Source: Octopus bimaculoides
Taxonomy: Eukaryota
Assembly: GCF_001194135.2 (NCBI RefSeq)
Contig: NC_068985.1
Span: 38,543,697 to 38,607,696, forward strand
Reading direction: 5' to 3'
DNA length: 64,000 nucleotides
Positions 25,437-37,679 of the stretch are shown piece after piece; position 1 is the first letter of the stretch; every line of letters starts with the position of its first letter. Made by a program: the position numbers and the translations under genes. Below the pieces are notes generated by a model. The model was not told the DNA's origin and made no database searches. It saw only the letters and a list, made by a program, of their open reading frames with translations.

Positions 25437-26074
25437 AAAGTACGTTCTCAATTTATATATATATATGTACGTGTATAAGTATGTATGTTGCCATGTACTT
25501 AAGCAGTCACATACGATGTCTGAATCAAGAAAGAGAAAAGTTGACGGCGCTGTTACGCATTCGCACAATATTGGAATTTACTGTGTTGCGTATGTATAGC
25601 ACTATGACTACATAATTCAGACATATATTTTTTGAAGAATTTGGAAATTATGGTTATACTTCTAATCAAAAATTAATAGAGCGTTTTCGATTAATGGCTC
25701 CCCCTCGAAACTAAAGTCTCTTGAAATTTTTTTTCATAGAAACATAATTCTTTTTTAATTTTCTTATTTTGGTTGCACTCACTTCTGAGGCTGGCCTGGA
25801 AATCTTAAGACAAAATGATTTATGGAAATATAATCCTTCGTTTAATCTATTTTCGGGACTTTCGTCTTGTTTAATTTTAATGAGAATAACTTAAGCACTA
25901 CCTGAATATAATTTATTTCCAATATGTGTTGTAATTATAGATGACTTTTATCATTGGCTGTGAAGAGAAGTTTTGTTCTTATTGACACTGCACAACTGCG
26001 AGGGTTAGATAACACGGTAACATCCTACGGAGTACAAAAGAGATAAACACTTAGTACTCATTGAATAATACATA

Positions 26075-26302
26075 TACGAGGGGCTGCTGAAAAGTTCCTC
26101 GCTTTGACTAAAAGAAAATACAGGAGGATCAATTAATTATGATTTTATTCATCATACTCCCATTTCTGATTCACACACACTTATTGCAGCGGACCTTCAG
26201 TTTTTCTAAGTCCTATAAAAGAACTCGAAAGGTTGTGCCTCAAATCAAGCCTTTCGCGAAACCCTTAAAGCTATGAGCATTGCAGCACCACTCCCACTCG
26301 TA
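26075..26302. mobile_element. Mariner-derived MITE, copy 1
   Basis: TACGAGGGGCTGCTGAAAAGTTCC left end, ..CACTCGTA right end, TA termini; body homologous to 40410-40621. Confidence 0.75.
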
Positions 26303-26928
26303 CATATTTATATATTTTGCTTTAATGAAAATATTTTTAATGACCAATAATATGCAAATCAGACTTTATGTTAAATCTTCGAAAATACGTAAAAACACTA
26401 CATTACTTTCACAACATACATGGGATCTCAAGTAAAGAATTATAAACGACGCCAATGGGACAAGAGCATTGTTGGAAAGATATCATAGAATAAAAACAAC
26501 AGAAAGCATAACCAACGCAAAACTGCGAAGTCTGAAATTACAGCCTTCGTGACAGTTATCTTTAGAGTTGGATCAAAATGTGTATCACAAGTTTATATTA
26601 AAGAAAATTCATTTAATGCATGAGGGATTCAATTCCTAGATACAAGAGAAAAATAGAGTTACAGTGTATTCCCACAAAATATAAAAATACATCTTTACAT
26701 AGGAATCAGGATTTAATTTCATTGGAGCGGAAAATATCGATTAAAGCCACGTACCGCATATTAAAACGAGGTTCTATGAGATAGCTTATGCAATTGATAT
26801 ATTCTTAGCATAATCTTGAATTGCTCCACCTTGACCCATATATTGTTGGGTTAGGAAGCATGAAATATGTGAAGCGCCGAATAATGACAGCAATATACCA
26901 ACATCACACACGCACGTACGCATGCACG

Positions 26929-26964
<36 letters not shown>

Positions 26965-27157
26965 CTCTCTCTCACACACACTCACACATACGCATGCACT
27001 GGCACACAAATAGAATGATAGATAAATACATACATGCATTCATATGTGTGTGGGTATAGACATACATAGAAATAATTTACTCAAAAGTACATAGCACGAT
27101 TATTAATGCTTTCTTGAACGAAACAAATGGTCTTTTCTTCGGCTCACCCTCTGAATC

Positions 27158-27344
27158 ATAATCTTTCCTATTATAGGCTCAAAGCCTGAAAGTTTGGAGA
27201 AGTGGGTAGACGATTCCATCGACCTCAGTGTTCAACTGGTATTTACTTTTTCGACTCCGGCGGTATTTCAATACGTAACATAAAGACGGACGAAATACCG
27301 CTAAGCACTTTGAACGGCGTACTTGCTATTCCGTTAGCTCGTTG
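27158..27344 (-). mobile_element. SINE family A, internal TCGAC-TCGAC deletion
   Basis: Tail 2, CGATTCCATCGACCTCAGTG, TTTTCGACTCCGGCGG junction, AAAGACGGACGAAATACCGCTAAGC. Confidence 0.8.
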
Positions 27345-27382
27345 NNNNNNNNNNAGCTCGTTGCTCTGACGATGAGGATAAT

Positions 27383-27384
<2 letters not shown>

Positions 27385-27451
<67 letters not shown>

Positions 27452-27505
27452 TATTATTATTATTATTATAATAACAATAATAATAATAATAATGATATAA
27501 TAATA
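27385..27505. repeat. (TAA)n with an internal inverted (TTA)n block
   Basis: Read directly from the sequence. Confidence 0.95.
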
Positions 27506-27509
27506 ACAA

Positions 27510-27638
27510 TTTGGCTTGATAAAAACATTGAACAAAAACATAGAAGCTATACGTGAACCCTCAACACTACACACTATCCTTAAAACAGCCCTGCTTGGAA
27601 CAGCCGACATCCTACGCAAGACACTATCGATTCAGTAA
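27510..27638 (+). mobile_element. R4/Dong-like (restriction-like endonuclease) non-LTR retrotransposon C-terminus
   Basis: FGLIKTLNKNIEAIREPSTLHTILKTALLGTADILRKTLSIQ* matches the ..ALLGTAxILRKxL end of R4/Dong elements; abuts (TAA)n. Confidence 0.7.
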
Positions 27639-27974
27639 TACAACCCAGGAAAGACAATCCAGAAAAATGAGTAACTCTACATAGTAAAAATCCAATAAAA
27701 TAAGCAACCACCAATAGAACGGATACCCAAGAGAAGAACCCAACTCGCATTGTATACGCAACACACAATGCAATTACTAATACAACAAAAGACAGCAATG
27801 AAACCCTATAACAAAACGAACTGACGCAATACAATAGCAGGAAGAGTTTGCACTCCTCTAACAACAAAAATGAACACACAATGTTGCACACACCCCAGCA
27901 ACACAGAATGTAGCAGGTTATGCAGTTCAAATTTGCCTGAAATTAACACGTTGAATAATAATAGTAATGATGGT

Positions 27975-28240
27975 CTCTCCTGTTGAATACCGAACGACCT
28001 GCACAAATGATTTGTTTATAGTGATCAAATGTTCGTGCTGCACATTAGCTCACGCTCTCCGTCAAATCGACGTTGTCTGAACAGGTGCATGGTGTACTAC
28101 GTGTTACATATCGACATCATCGCCGAGCGACGCGAGATGAAATGTTTTGCTCAAGAACACAACGCCCCAGCCAGTCTAGGATTTGAAACCACGATCTCGC
28201 GATCGTGAGTACAACACCGTAGCCACTAAGCCATGTGCCT
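27975..28240 (-). mobile_element. SINE family C, tail c4
   Basis: Reverse complement: AGGCACATGGCTTAGTGGCTACGG..CTCACGATC..GGTTTCAAATCC..GTGTTCTTGAGCAAAACA; body CATTTGATCACTATAAACAAATCA also occurs at about 50165. Confidence 0.85.
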
Positions 28241-28241
28241 G

Positions 28242-28579
<338 letters not shown>

Positions 28580-28781
28580 TTCTTCTATTAGCTTCACGGG
28601 CCCAGGATATAGAGAACAATATCAAAGTACGAATTACATGACACAAAACAAAACAAAAAAAAAATAGTACTAAGTGCTATATTTCCTGTCGTATAATGTA
28701 TGCATTCGTTGTATACATGTATGTACATATACACATACTGACGCTTATACACGAACTTACAAGCATACACATATGAACACA

Positions 28782-30080
28782 TATGAGGGTGTACCCAGAA
28801 GAAACCGGAGTTTTACAATATTATTTTATTCACTTAGACTTACATATTTACACTTTTATCGTCTTCAAAGTATTCCCTATTTAAAGCAATGCATCGGTCC
28901 AGGCGCATTTTCTGAAGTTCGAAGCAATGCTGGAACTCTTGGTAATTGATTACTTTTAACGCCTCCATCATGTTTTCTTCACCTTTTCCACGTCTGCAAC
29001 TTCCGTAGCACCCACTTTCATTACTAGTGTTGACCTTCGAAAAAAAAAGGTCCACATCAACTCTCAACTGTTCTTTCAGTGACTGCTTTTATCTTCCGTG
29101 AGCAAGCGAGGCAGAAATTTCGAAGCAAATCTTTTCATTCGCAATTCCTCGCACAAAATCCGTTGGCAGGAGTTCCAGGACACACCAGTCATATCAAGAA
29201 TTTCTTCAAATACTTCAGTAACGGTCCTTCAAGATTAGAATTTTCATGATGTTTTCATTTGTTCGAGCGGACCGTGATCGTCCTGAATGAGGTTTCTCTT
29301 CAAGCGACAAGTGACCATTTCTAAAGCGTGGAAACCACTCGTAAAGTTGTGTTTTGACCATGGCAGCGTCCTTGTAAGCTGTTTGAAGCATGACAACTGT
29401 TTCGACCGCCGTTTTCCGCAGTAGAAAACATAATTTCACGGAAGCACGCTGTTCCTTCGTTTCAGCCATCGCAAAATTGACAAACAGGGGAGAAGCACTG
29501 CAAAACAAAGACGCACTACATGGTAGTACGATATTAAACGACAATGCCGATCGGCAGACTGATGCCTGAGGGTTGCATCAAGCGGCTTCTAGCGGCGTAT
29601 TTGTTACAACGCGACCGTTTCTTATATCTTTATTGCCCACAAGGGGCTGAACATAGAGGGGACAAACAAGGACTGACAAAGGGATTAAGTCAATTACATC
29701 GACCCCAGTGCGTAACTGGTACATAATTTATCGACCCTGAAAGGATGAAAGGCAAATTTGACCTCGGGGCAATTTGAACTCAGAACGTAACGGCAGACAA
29801 AATACCTATTTCGTTATTGCCCACAAGGGGCTAAACATAGAGGGAACAAACAAGAACAGACGAACGGATTAAGTCGATTACATCGACCCAGTGTGTAGCT
29901 GGTACTTAATTTATCGACCCCGAAAGGATGAAAGGCAAAGTCGACCTCGGCGGAATTTGAACTCAGAACGTAACGGCAGACGAAATACCGCTAAGCATTT
30001 CGCCCGGCGTGCTAACGATTCTGCCAGCTCGCCGCCTTACAATGAGACCGTTTCTGGCTACACTTGGGTAGCCCCACGTA
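28782..30080 (-). mobile_element. Internally deleted mariner transposon, interrupted by a SINE dimer
   Basis: TIRs TATGAGGGTGTACCCAGAAG and CTTGGGTAGCCCCACGTA. N-terminus MAETKEQRASVKLCFLLRKTAVETVVMLQTAYKD..LYEWFPRFRNG (start at 29469). C-terminus EFQHCFE..RLDRCIALNREYFE. The catalytic core is missing. Confidence 0.9.
29623..30036 (-). mobile_element. Head-to-tail SINE family A dimer (29623-29806 5'-truncated, 29807-30036 full length), tail type 1
   Basis: Near-consensus copies flanked by a 19-bp direct repeat TTACAA(C/T)G(C/A)GACCGTTTCT. Confidence 0.93.
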
Positions 30081-30158
30081 CACGCATTTATAAAAATTGA
30101 GAGTCTCCTTGTACTCGAATATCATTGACCGTACATATGTTTGCTTTCTCCCAAACAG

Positions 30159-30199
30159 CAGCAAAAAAACGTACCAGGGAATTGATCTCACACAGCAGA
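30159..30199 (+). other. Candidate 41-nt exon
   Basis: Branch-like CATTGAC, tract tttgctttctcccaaacag, donor AGA|GTAAGT; two of three frames are open. Confidence 0.25.
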
Positions 30200-30738
30200 G
30201 TAAGTGTAAAAGAATAGCCAGAGAAGCAGTGGAAATACAACTGCATTTGTGAACCTTCCTAAACAACTACTGCCAACATTCATATGGTACTCTCTGACGA
30301 AAGTACAAACGCTGATGCTAATGAAAATAAAGATGATTACGATGACGACCATGGTGACTATGATAGTGAGGTTTATGCTGTAGACGAAAGGGTAATAGGA
30401 GTAAGATTAAGGAAATGAGAACGACGAGGAATATGTTGAAGTGGATGAAAAAAAAAGTAACCTTTTACTCAGTTGTATTTTCAGTCTACCCATCCGAATA
30501 TTTATCCTATAGATATAGAACTTTATAATATATATATGTATATATAATACACAAACACACACACACGTATATATTGTAATGATAATAAGGATTATTACGA
30601 AGTAGCATAGCATTGCCTTTAATTACTTTTTATATAGCGAGCTTGACATATACCTATACATGTTTCTAATGCATCGATTAGTAACCATTGCAATCGCAAC
30701 CCTACTATAATACTGGTGCAGCTACTTCAGTCTTCATT

Positions 30739-30773
<35 letters not shown>

Positions 30774-30910
30774 NNNNNNNNNNNNNNNNNNNNNNNNNNN
30801 NNNNNNNNNNNNNNNNNNNNNNNNNNNNNNNNNNNNNNNNNNNNNNNNNNNNNNNNNNNNNNNNNNNNNNNNNNNNNNNNNNNNNNNNNNNNNNNNNNNN
30901 NNNNNNNNNG

Positions 30911-31080
30911 TATGTATGTATGTATATATATACACATAGATATAGATATTAGCATATGTATATGTATGTATGTATGTATGTATATATATACACATAGATA
31001 TAGATATTAGCATATGTATATGTATGTATGTATGTATGTATATATATATACACATACATATAGATATTAGCATATGCACA
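30911..31080. repeat. Minisatellite, 3 copies of about 56-58 bp (..CACATAGATATAGATATTAGCATATG..)
   Basis: Read directly from the sequence. Confidence 0.9.
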
Positions 31081-31190
31081 TATGTATTTTATCTATAACA
31101 ACGTACATATACACACACGTGCAAGTACACACACACACAACGCTTGTATATATATGTATATATGTGTGTATGTTTGTTTGTGTATGTATG

Positions 31191-31222
<32 letters not shown>

Positions 31223-32485
31223 CATTCCAAATTTTGTGTACATGTCATGAAATGTACAGATTAAAATATGACTATCTTGCTATGTGGTACGATAAGAAAT
31301 TCATAATCGCATTATATCACCACCACTCTAACGGCACCACCAACATCACCACACCACACCATCACCACTACCACCATAACCACTACACTATCATCACCCC
31401 CCCCCCACACACACACATAAAAAAAAAAATTGGTTCTCCGCATCTCTACGAAGCGAATCTTTTAGTACAATATTCTGCATGCTTATCGAGCGTGAATGTT
31501 TCCTGTGCGTTAGCGAAATTTGTAGTGGTTCCCAGTCGAAAAACTGGGTCTTTGTGGGCAGCTGCACTGAAATTATGGGCAAGATGATAAGATCTTTGTG
31601 TCACAGAGAGTGCCAATGAAAATAAGCCATAAAAGATAGAGCGTCCGGAAGAAAGAAACACAAGACGTTTTATTGCAGGTCTAAACGTTCTTAGTATGGG
31701 AATGTTTCTTTATAGTTAGGATATGTACGTTCATACCAAACATTCACATATATACAGTCAGAAATACATATGTATACTGAGACACGAGTAGGCAAACACA
31801 CACTAATGCCAACACACAAAACTACACACCACAAATACGTACCGAATCCTGCGCACGAGCGTAATGCTTAATTATGAATGTTTAGAAACACGCAGTAACA
31901 CACACGGCCTATTTCTATCGTAGTTACAACATAAAAAGAAAAACGTTCGCACACACATAAACACATATACGAGATATATGCACCCGTATTATCTCATTTA
32001 GAGAGGCAAATATATTAATAAAGAAATAGATAGAATATTTTAATATATAGATATGTATTAACTCTGTGAATCTCATTCCCTCTATTTTCTCTCTCTCTCT
32101 CTCTTAATTCCTCTCTTTTTTCTCTCTCTCGCTCTCTTTGACCACATATATATGTATGTTATATATATGTGTGTGTGTGTGTGAAGCACCCATATTAATG
32201 CCTGTATACATCTACCCATGTGAACACGTATCTACTGACAAGTATATATGCGAGTATATGTGTGTGCAAAAATATTTATATTAGTTTAATAGGAACCATA
32301 AAAGCACTAAACGAAGCTTTTGACCTATTTAATGTTTCTATTGCCTTACCTCAAATTGAGAGCTACCCCCAAAACATATCTACAATACATATGTTCACAT
32401 ATACAAATGTGAATATATATACATATACACACATTACCAAACCTGTACATATATATAAATATATGCATATATGTCTACATATATA

Positions 32486-32567
<82 letters not shown>

Positions 32568-32956
32568 TGTAAATATCTGTGTATGAGTGTGTGTGTGCGT
32601 ACATACATGCATACATACATACACAAACATATGTATATATATGCATATATATATATATATGTGTGTATGTGTATATGTATTTATATACAAATATATACAG
32701 ATATATCAACGTACGTGCGCATATTTATAGTATAATGACTTACATACAGATTAGAGTAAATTTTATATTTTACCGAAATGTTTGAATGCCAGAACCCATG
32801 AAAGTGGGACATATGTCCGATCATCTATGCTTGTGAAACTGTACAACATCATTTCTGAATTCAATGGTAATCAAATGTTAATGTCTTATATCTTAAACCA
32901 TCTGTGTGAGAAAGATATTCAATGTACATAGAATGTGACACTTATTCGGTAGACAT

Positions 32957-33017
32957 GATAAAACTCCAAGTTTCGGATGCCGGGGTGGGAACCCACGCCA
33001 ACATCTCTTCAGTTATC
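32957..33017 (-). ncRNA. Type I hammerhead ribozyme (complete fold)
   Basis: GATAA-CTGAAGA-GATGTTGGCGTGGGTTCCCACCCCGGCATCC-GAAA-CT-TGG-AG-T-T-TTATC. Stem I GAUAA/UUAUC, long stem II, 3-bp stem III, GUU triplet. Confidence 0.75.
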
Positions 33018-33029
33018 CGGCCATTGAAA

Positions 33030-33217
33030 ATTCCTGTCCTAGTTTATGAAGCCACCGTGGACTCTATATCCACTAAGGACACAGTTTCAACGAAAAAATA
33101 CACGGGACTCACGGATGGTAATTTCAAGGCCAGATTCAATAATCACACTTTGAGCTTCAGGCACTGGGGCGACAGGAATTTTCTATGGCCGGGTAACCGA
33201 AGAGATGTTGCGTGGGT
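33030..33217 (+). mobile_element. Penelope-like element: GIY-YIG endonuclease fragment plus start of the sense pLTR
   Basis: VLVYEATVDSISTKDTVSTKKYTGLTDGNFKARFNNHTLSFRH, then GGCCGGGTAACCGAAGAGATGTTGCGTGGGT, an inverted copy of 32987-33023; runs into a gap. Confidence 0.8.
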
Positions 33218-34203
33218 NNNNNNNNNNNNNNNNNNNNNNNNNNNNNNNNNNNNNNNNNNNNNNNNNNNNNNNNNNNNNNNNNNNNNNNNNNNNNNNNNNN
33301 NNNNNNNNNNNNNNNNNNNNNNNNNNNNNNNNNNNNNNNNNNNNNNNNNNNNNNNNNNNNNNNNNNNNNNNNNNNNNNNNNNNNNNNNNNNNNNNNNNNN
33401 NNNNNNNNNNNNNNNNNNNNNNNNNNNNNNNNNNNNNNNNNNNNNNNNNNNNNNNNNNNNNNNNNNNNNNNNNNNNNNNNNNNNNNNNNNNNNNNNNNNN
33501 NNNNNNNNNNNNNNNNNNNNNNNNNNNNNNNNNNNNNNNNNNNNNNNNNNNNNNNNNNNNNNNNNNNNNNNNNNNNNNNNNNNNNNNNNNNNNNNNNNNN
33601 NNNNNNNNNNNNNNNNNNNNNNNNNNNNNNNNNNNNNNNNNNNNNNNNNNNNNNNNNNNNNNNNNNNNNNNNNNNNNNNNNNNNNNNNNNNNNNNNNNNN
33701 NNNNNNNNNNNNNNNNNNNNNNNNNNNNNNNNNNNNNNNNNNNNNNNNNNNNNNNNNNNNNNNNNNNNNNNNNNNNNNNNNNNNNNNNNNNNNNNNNNNN
33801 NNNNNNNNNNNNNNNNNNNNNNNNNNNNNNNNNNNNNNNNNNNNNNNNNNNNNNNNNNNNNNNNNNNNNNNNNNNNNNNNNNNNNNNNNNNNNNNNNNNN
33901 NNNNNNNNNNNNNNNNNNNNNNNNNNNNNNNNNNNNNNNNNNNNNNNNNNNNNNNNNNNNNNNNNNNNNNNNNNNNNNNNNNNNNNNNNNNNNNNNNNNN
34001 NNNNNNNNNNNNNNNNNNNNNNNNNNNNNNNNNNNNNNNNNNNNNNNNNNNNNNNNNNNNNNNNNNNNNNNNNNNNNNNNNNNNNNNNNNNNNNNNNNNN
34101 NNNNNNNNNNNNNNNNNNNNNNNNNNNNNNNNNNNNNNNNNNNNNNNNNNNNNNNNNNNNNNNNNNNNNNNNNNNNNNNNNNNNNNNNNNNNNNNNNNNN
34201 NNN
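33218..34203. other. Largest assembly gap (N run); about 15 other large N runs lie in the window, mostly flanked by (TA)n
   Basis: Read directly from the sequence. Confidence 1.
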
Positions 34204-34310
34204 GTCTCTCGGTACATAGGCATAAACGGAAACTTTTAAAATTTAACGAATATTTATCAGATTATGTAATGGTATACTCACGATATGTAGCCGGGAGATT
34301 TATTCACTGA

Positions 34311-34391
34311 TCAATGCTGCATCACTTGGAACTTTATTCCAGTTTGTCCGATATAATTTTCATCACATGTTGAACATTTTATACAAGAAAA
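34311..34391 (-). mobile_element. Second Penelope-like GIY-YIG fragment
   Basis: FSCIKCSTCDENYIGQTGIKFQ matches the CxxC..YIGQTG motif. Confidence 0.7.
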
Positions 34392-34700
34392 CAAAGAAGA
34401 AAGAAGACATGCACCCAACACCAGAGCTGAAGACACCTCCGAAGGGGGGGGGGGCGCCACGTCAAAACGGTAGAGGAGTAGGGGCCGAAACCGGACGTGG
34501 TTCCTCCTGATGATGTCTTGAGCTAACTGGATCCTATAAAGGAGCTGTTGTGGTAGCAGACCACGAAACATGGTTGAAATTCCTCACTCCATTTCTTATA
34601 CAAGTAAAATAATTCCTTATCATGTGTTATTCTTTTGGCTTTCTATACAATTTCATTACATCGGACACGTTGATACGTATTTCAAAGCTGAATCTCTCGC
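34392..34700 (+). mobile_element. Probable Penelope pLTR segment with two CTGANGA...GAAAC motifs
   Basis: CTGAAGA at 34427 with GAAAC at 34487; CTGATGA at 34507 with GAAAC at 34565. Stems are imperfect. Confidence 0.4.
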
Positions 34701-37480
34701 TTTTCAAATATTGGTTCTCTTGCGTTGAATATAATTTGAGATTTGTTAACATTCCCCGTCGCGATATTTCTTGTTTTTATTAGATTAGTGTGGGTTTGTA
34801 AAACTCTATTCACTCCGCTATCTTTTCCAAGCATTTGCACAATTTGAAAAGTAATACCATAGGTTTTATGTTTAGGACTGTGAGTAATGTCAAATACTTA
34901 ATCAAGTATATTGTATTAGAATTTGAGCATCAATAGTCTTGGTTCGTTATTTACAGAATATATCAATAATATCTTTGAATATGAGAAGGTGCAGCCACAC
35001 TAAAAGAAGCTGTATGGATCAACAAATTTTTTCAGCTAAAGTCAAACCAGAGTTTTGTTTTGTTTTCTAATTCTCATACAGGTAAACAAGTTTCGGCATA
35101 TAAATACTCGCGAAAATATTCGTCACTGACTTTCAGAATTCCGCGGTGGTTAAATGTTTGCTTGTGCAGTTGTGGTGTGTTACGCTTTCATTGCCCGGTT
35201 TATTTTAAACATCTTAAAGCATCGTCTTAAGTAGTAGAGCTAGAAAAAATTAAAAACTTTCTGATGAAACGTAATCACCAGAAGTCTGAGAAGACAATCA
35301 GTGGTTTCGTTCTATGTGGATTTCATTCCCCAAAGCTAAGCAGCCGATAATATAGGGTGCGTCAGAACCAAATCGACTTTCTGAATCGTAGTTCATGTTT
35401 CATGCAGACAACAGCAATATTGAAATGTAATAAACTACGATGAAAGCCAATTTAAATTTGTCATTAATTTAGTACGAGTTAAATTAATTTCTACTGGCAT
35501 ATTGTGGAGAAAGTAGCTTAAAATGATAATTATAACTGTAGTTGTAAGTAGTAATTGCAATATCACGTGGAGAGTCGACCATTTCTATCTATCTATATGT
35601 ATGTATTTGTGGTAGGGAGAGTGAGAGAGAGAGAGAGAGAAAAGAGATCCATACTACTTAGTCTAAATATGTATACAAACGCATGAGTGTAACTAGTTTA
35701 CGTGCATTTACACTCATAAATACATAGCAATAAAAACAGACAGAAGCCTACGGGTGCACATATATACAAAGATACAAACAAAGCTGCGTTCTGTTTCGAC
35801 AAATAAACAAAATATTCCACTTCTCTTTGAATTCATTCGAACTGCTATACTTTTTCAGCAAGTGAAAAACAGATCTCAGTGTGAAATGAAATGGAAATAT
35901 ATATTTAACTACGATTCCATTTTTCTTTAAGACTTTTGTAGTAGCGTGATATCTACAATGAATCTAGGCATAGCTAATATCAAAATATAAAAGTAAAAGA
36001 AACATATCATATATCGTAATTTGTCGGTAAACCATAACATAGTTTAATTACAATATATGAAACGTCATTACAGACTTCTTACAGTTCGTATATAATTGTG
36101 TTCTGCACAAGATTAATCAGTTTCTTAATCAGTTGTTTTCTTGTCTTGAAGAACACAAAATTGCAATTGCGAAATAGAATATGTTGGGTACAGCATAATA
36201 GTGGTGCTTTATAAATGTCATTTTGTATTAGGATAAGGCAGTGCCAAATATTTCTCCCGAAAAATGCAAATTGCACCTCTTTCTTAGCACTCACACATAC
36301 GCGCACGCACGCACGCACGCGCACTCACACACACATATATGCATACATAAATATATACATACGTGCATATNNNNNNNNNNNNNNNNNNNNNNNNNNNNNN
36401 NNNNNNNNNNNNNNNNNNNNNNNNNNNNNNNNNNNNNNNNNNNNNNNNNNNNNNNNNNNNNNNNNNNNNNNNNNNNNNNNNNNNNNNNNNNNNNNNNNNN
36501 NNNNNNNNNNNNNNNNNNNNNNNNNNNNNNNNNNNNNNNNNNNNNNNNNNNNNNNNNNNNNNNNNNNNNNNNNNNNNNNNNNNNNNNNNNNNNNNNNNNN
36601 NNNNNNNNNNNNNNNNNNNATACAAAATGACAGATATGGACAGCTTATGGGATTACCTTGCGTTCCATGTCCACTAAGCGTTTAGCATTACAGTGTTTCT
36701 TCAGACGCTATATACAAGTTCGGTTTTTGTAATTGTGAACTTTTTTCGCCATGAACGGTTTGTATTTTTAAACCGAATGTAGTTTTCTGGTGTTATATTT
36801 ATTCCTGAACATGTGTAAAGAAATTTTGATTTATTAAGTCTCTTAATGAATTCTTTATACTGAAATATATATTGAAGAAGATAAATATGTCCATTTGAAT
36901 ATATACGTTTTTGCATCGTAACTCCTTTATTATTATTATTATATATATATATACATATACATATATACACGTACATAAATAGTGGACTCAGCCGTCGTTA
37001 GATGACAGATAAGGGCTTTGCAATTTCTTTTGTTGCCGAACTGCCACACAGATGATTTGTTGATTATGATGAAACGTTTGTGCTCACTTAAGCTCATTCC
37101 CACCCACAAATCGACATTACCTGTATAGATGCACGAGGTGCCATATGTCACATGACGAAATGGTCGCAGAGCAATTGCTTTAACGTGTACGAAAAAGAAA
37201 AATCAAATATATTTCGTAGACAGATGCAGTGCAGTGTATTTGGCCGTTTACCAAAAGAAAGTAATGGACACTGAAACTTATATGTATGCACTGAAGCTAC
37301 TTCAGACGCGAGAATTCAGTTAATATGGTTGTAAGGAATATGTAACAAACTGGATTGGGCATAATCACCCTTCTATCAACCTCCTCAATCAAAATCAAAA
37401 GGACTTCGAAATTATCTATTATAGTCTGAAAGTTGTTGCATTGTCCTTGTTATCTAGCACCAGTCACTTAGTCTGTTTAG

Positions 37481-37600
37481 GGCGTGCGCGTTGGAATGTC
37501 ATCGAAGAATCAGACAAGGCCAGCAAACCTAGTACACAGATAGACTGTGTTTCCGTTTATTTGATGATGGACTGTTCACTCCTACATGCAGAATTCCATA
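37481..37600 (+). CDS. Candidate 120-nt phase 1-1 exon (RARWNVIEESDKASKPSTQIDCVSVYLMMDCSLLHAEFH)
   Basis: Acceptor gtctgtttag, donor ATA|GTAAGT, length divisible by 3, one open frame. No family recognised. Confidence 0.25.
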
Positions 37601-37679
37601 GTAAGTGTTGTTACATTTCTCTACTGTCTAGTTGCTTTTGATATAATTATTGTGTAAACTGGAAGTGTTTTTCTTTAAA

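Noticed and set aside
12817-28240. tRNA genes at the tRNA-like heads (12817, 13115, 17175, 19588, 28240)
   Set aside because: Stems are degenerate, anticodons vary between copies, and each head continues into a SINE body.
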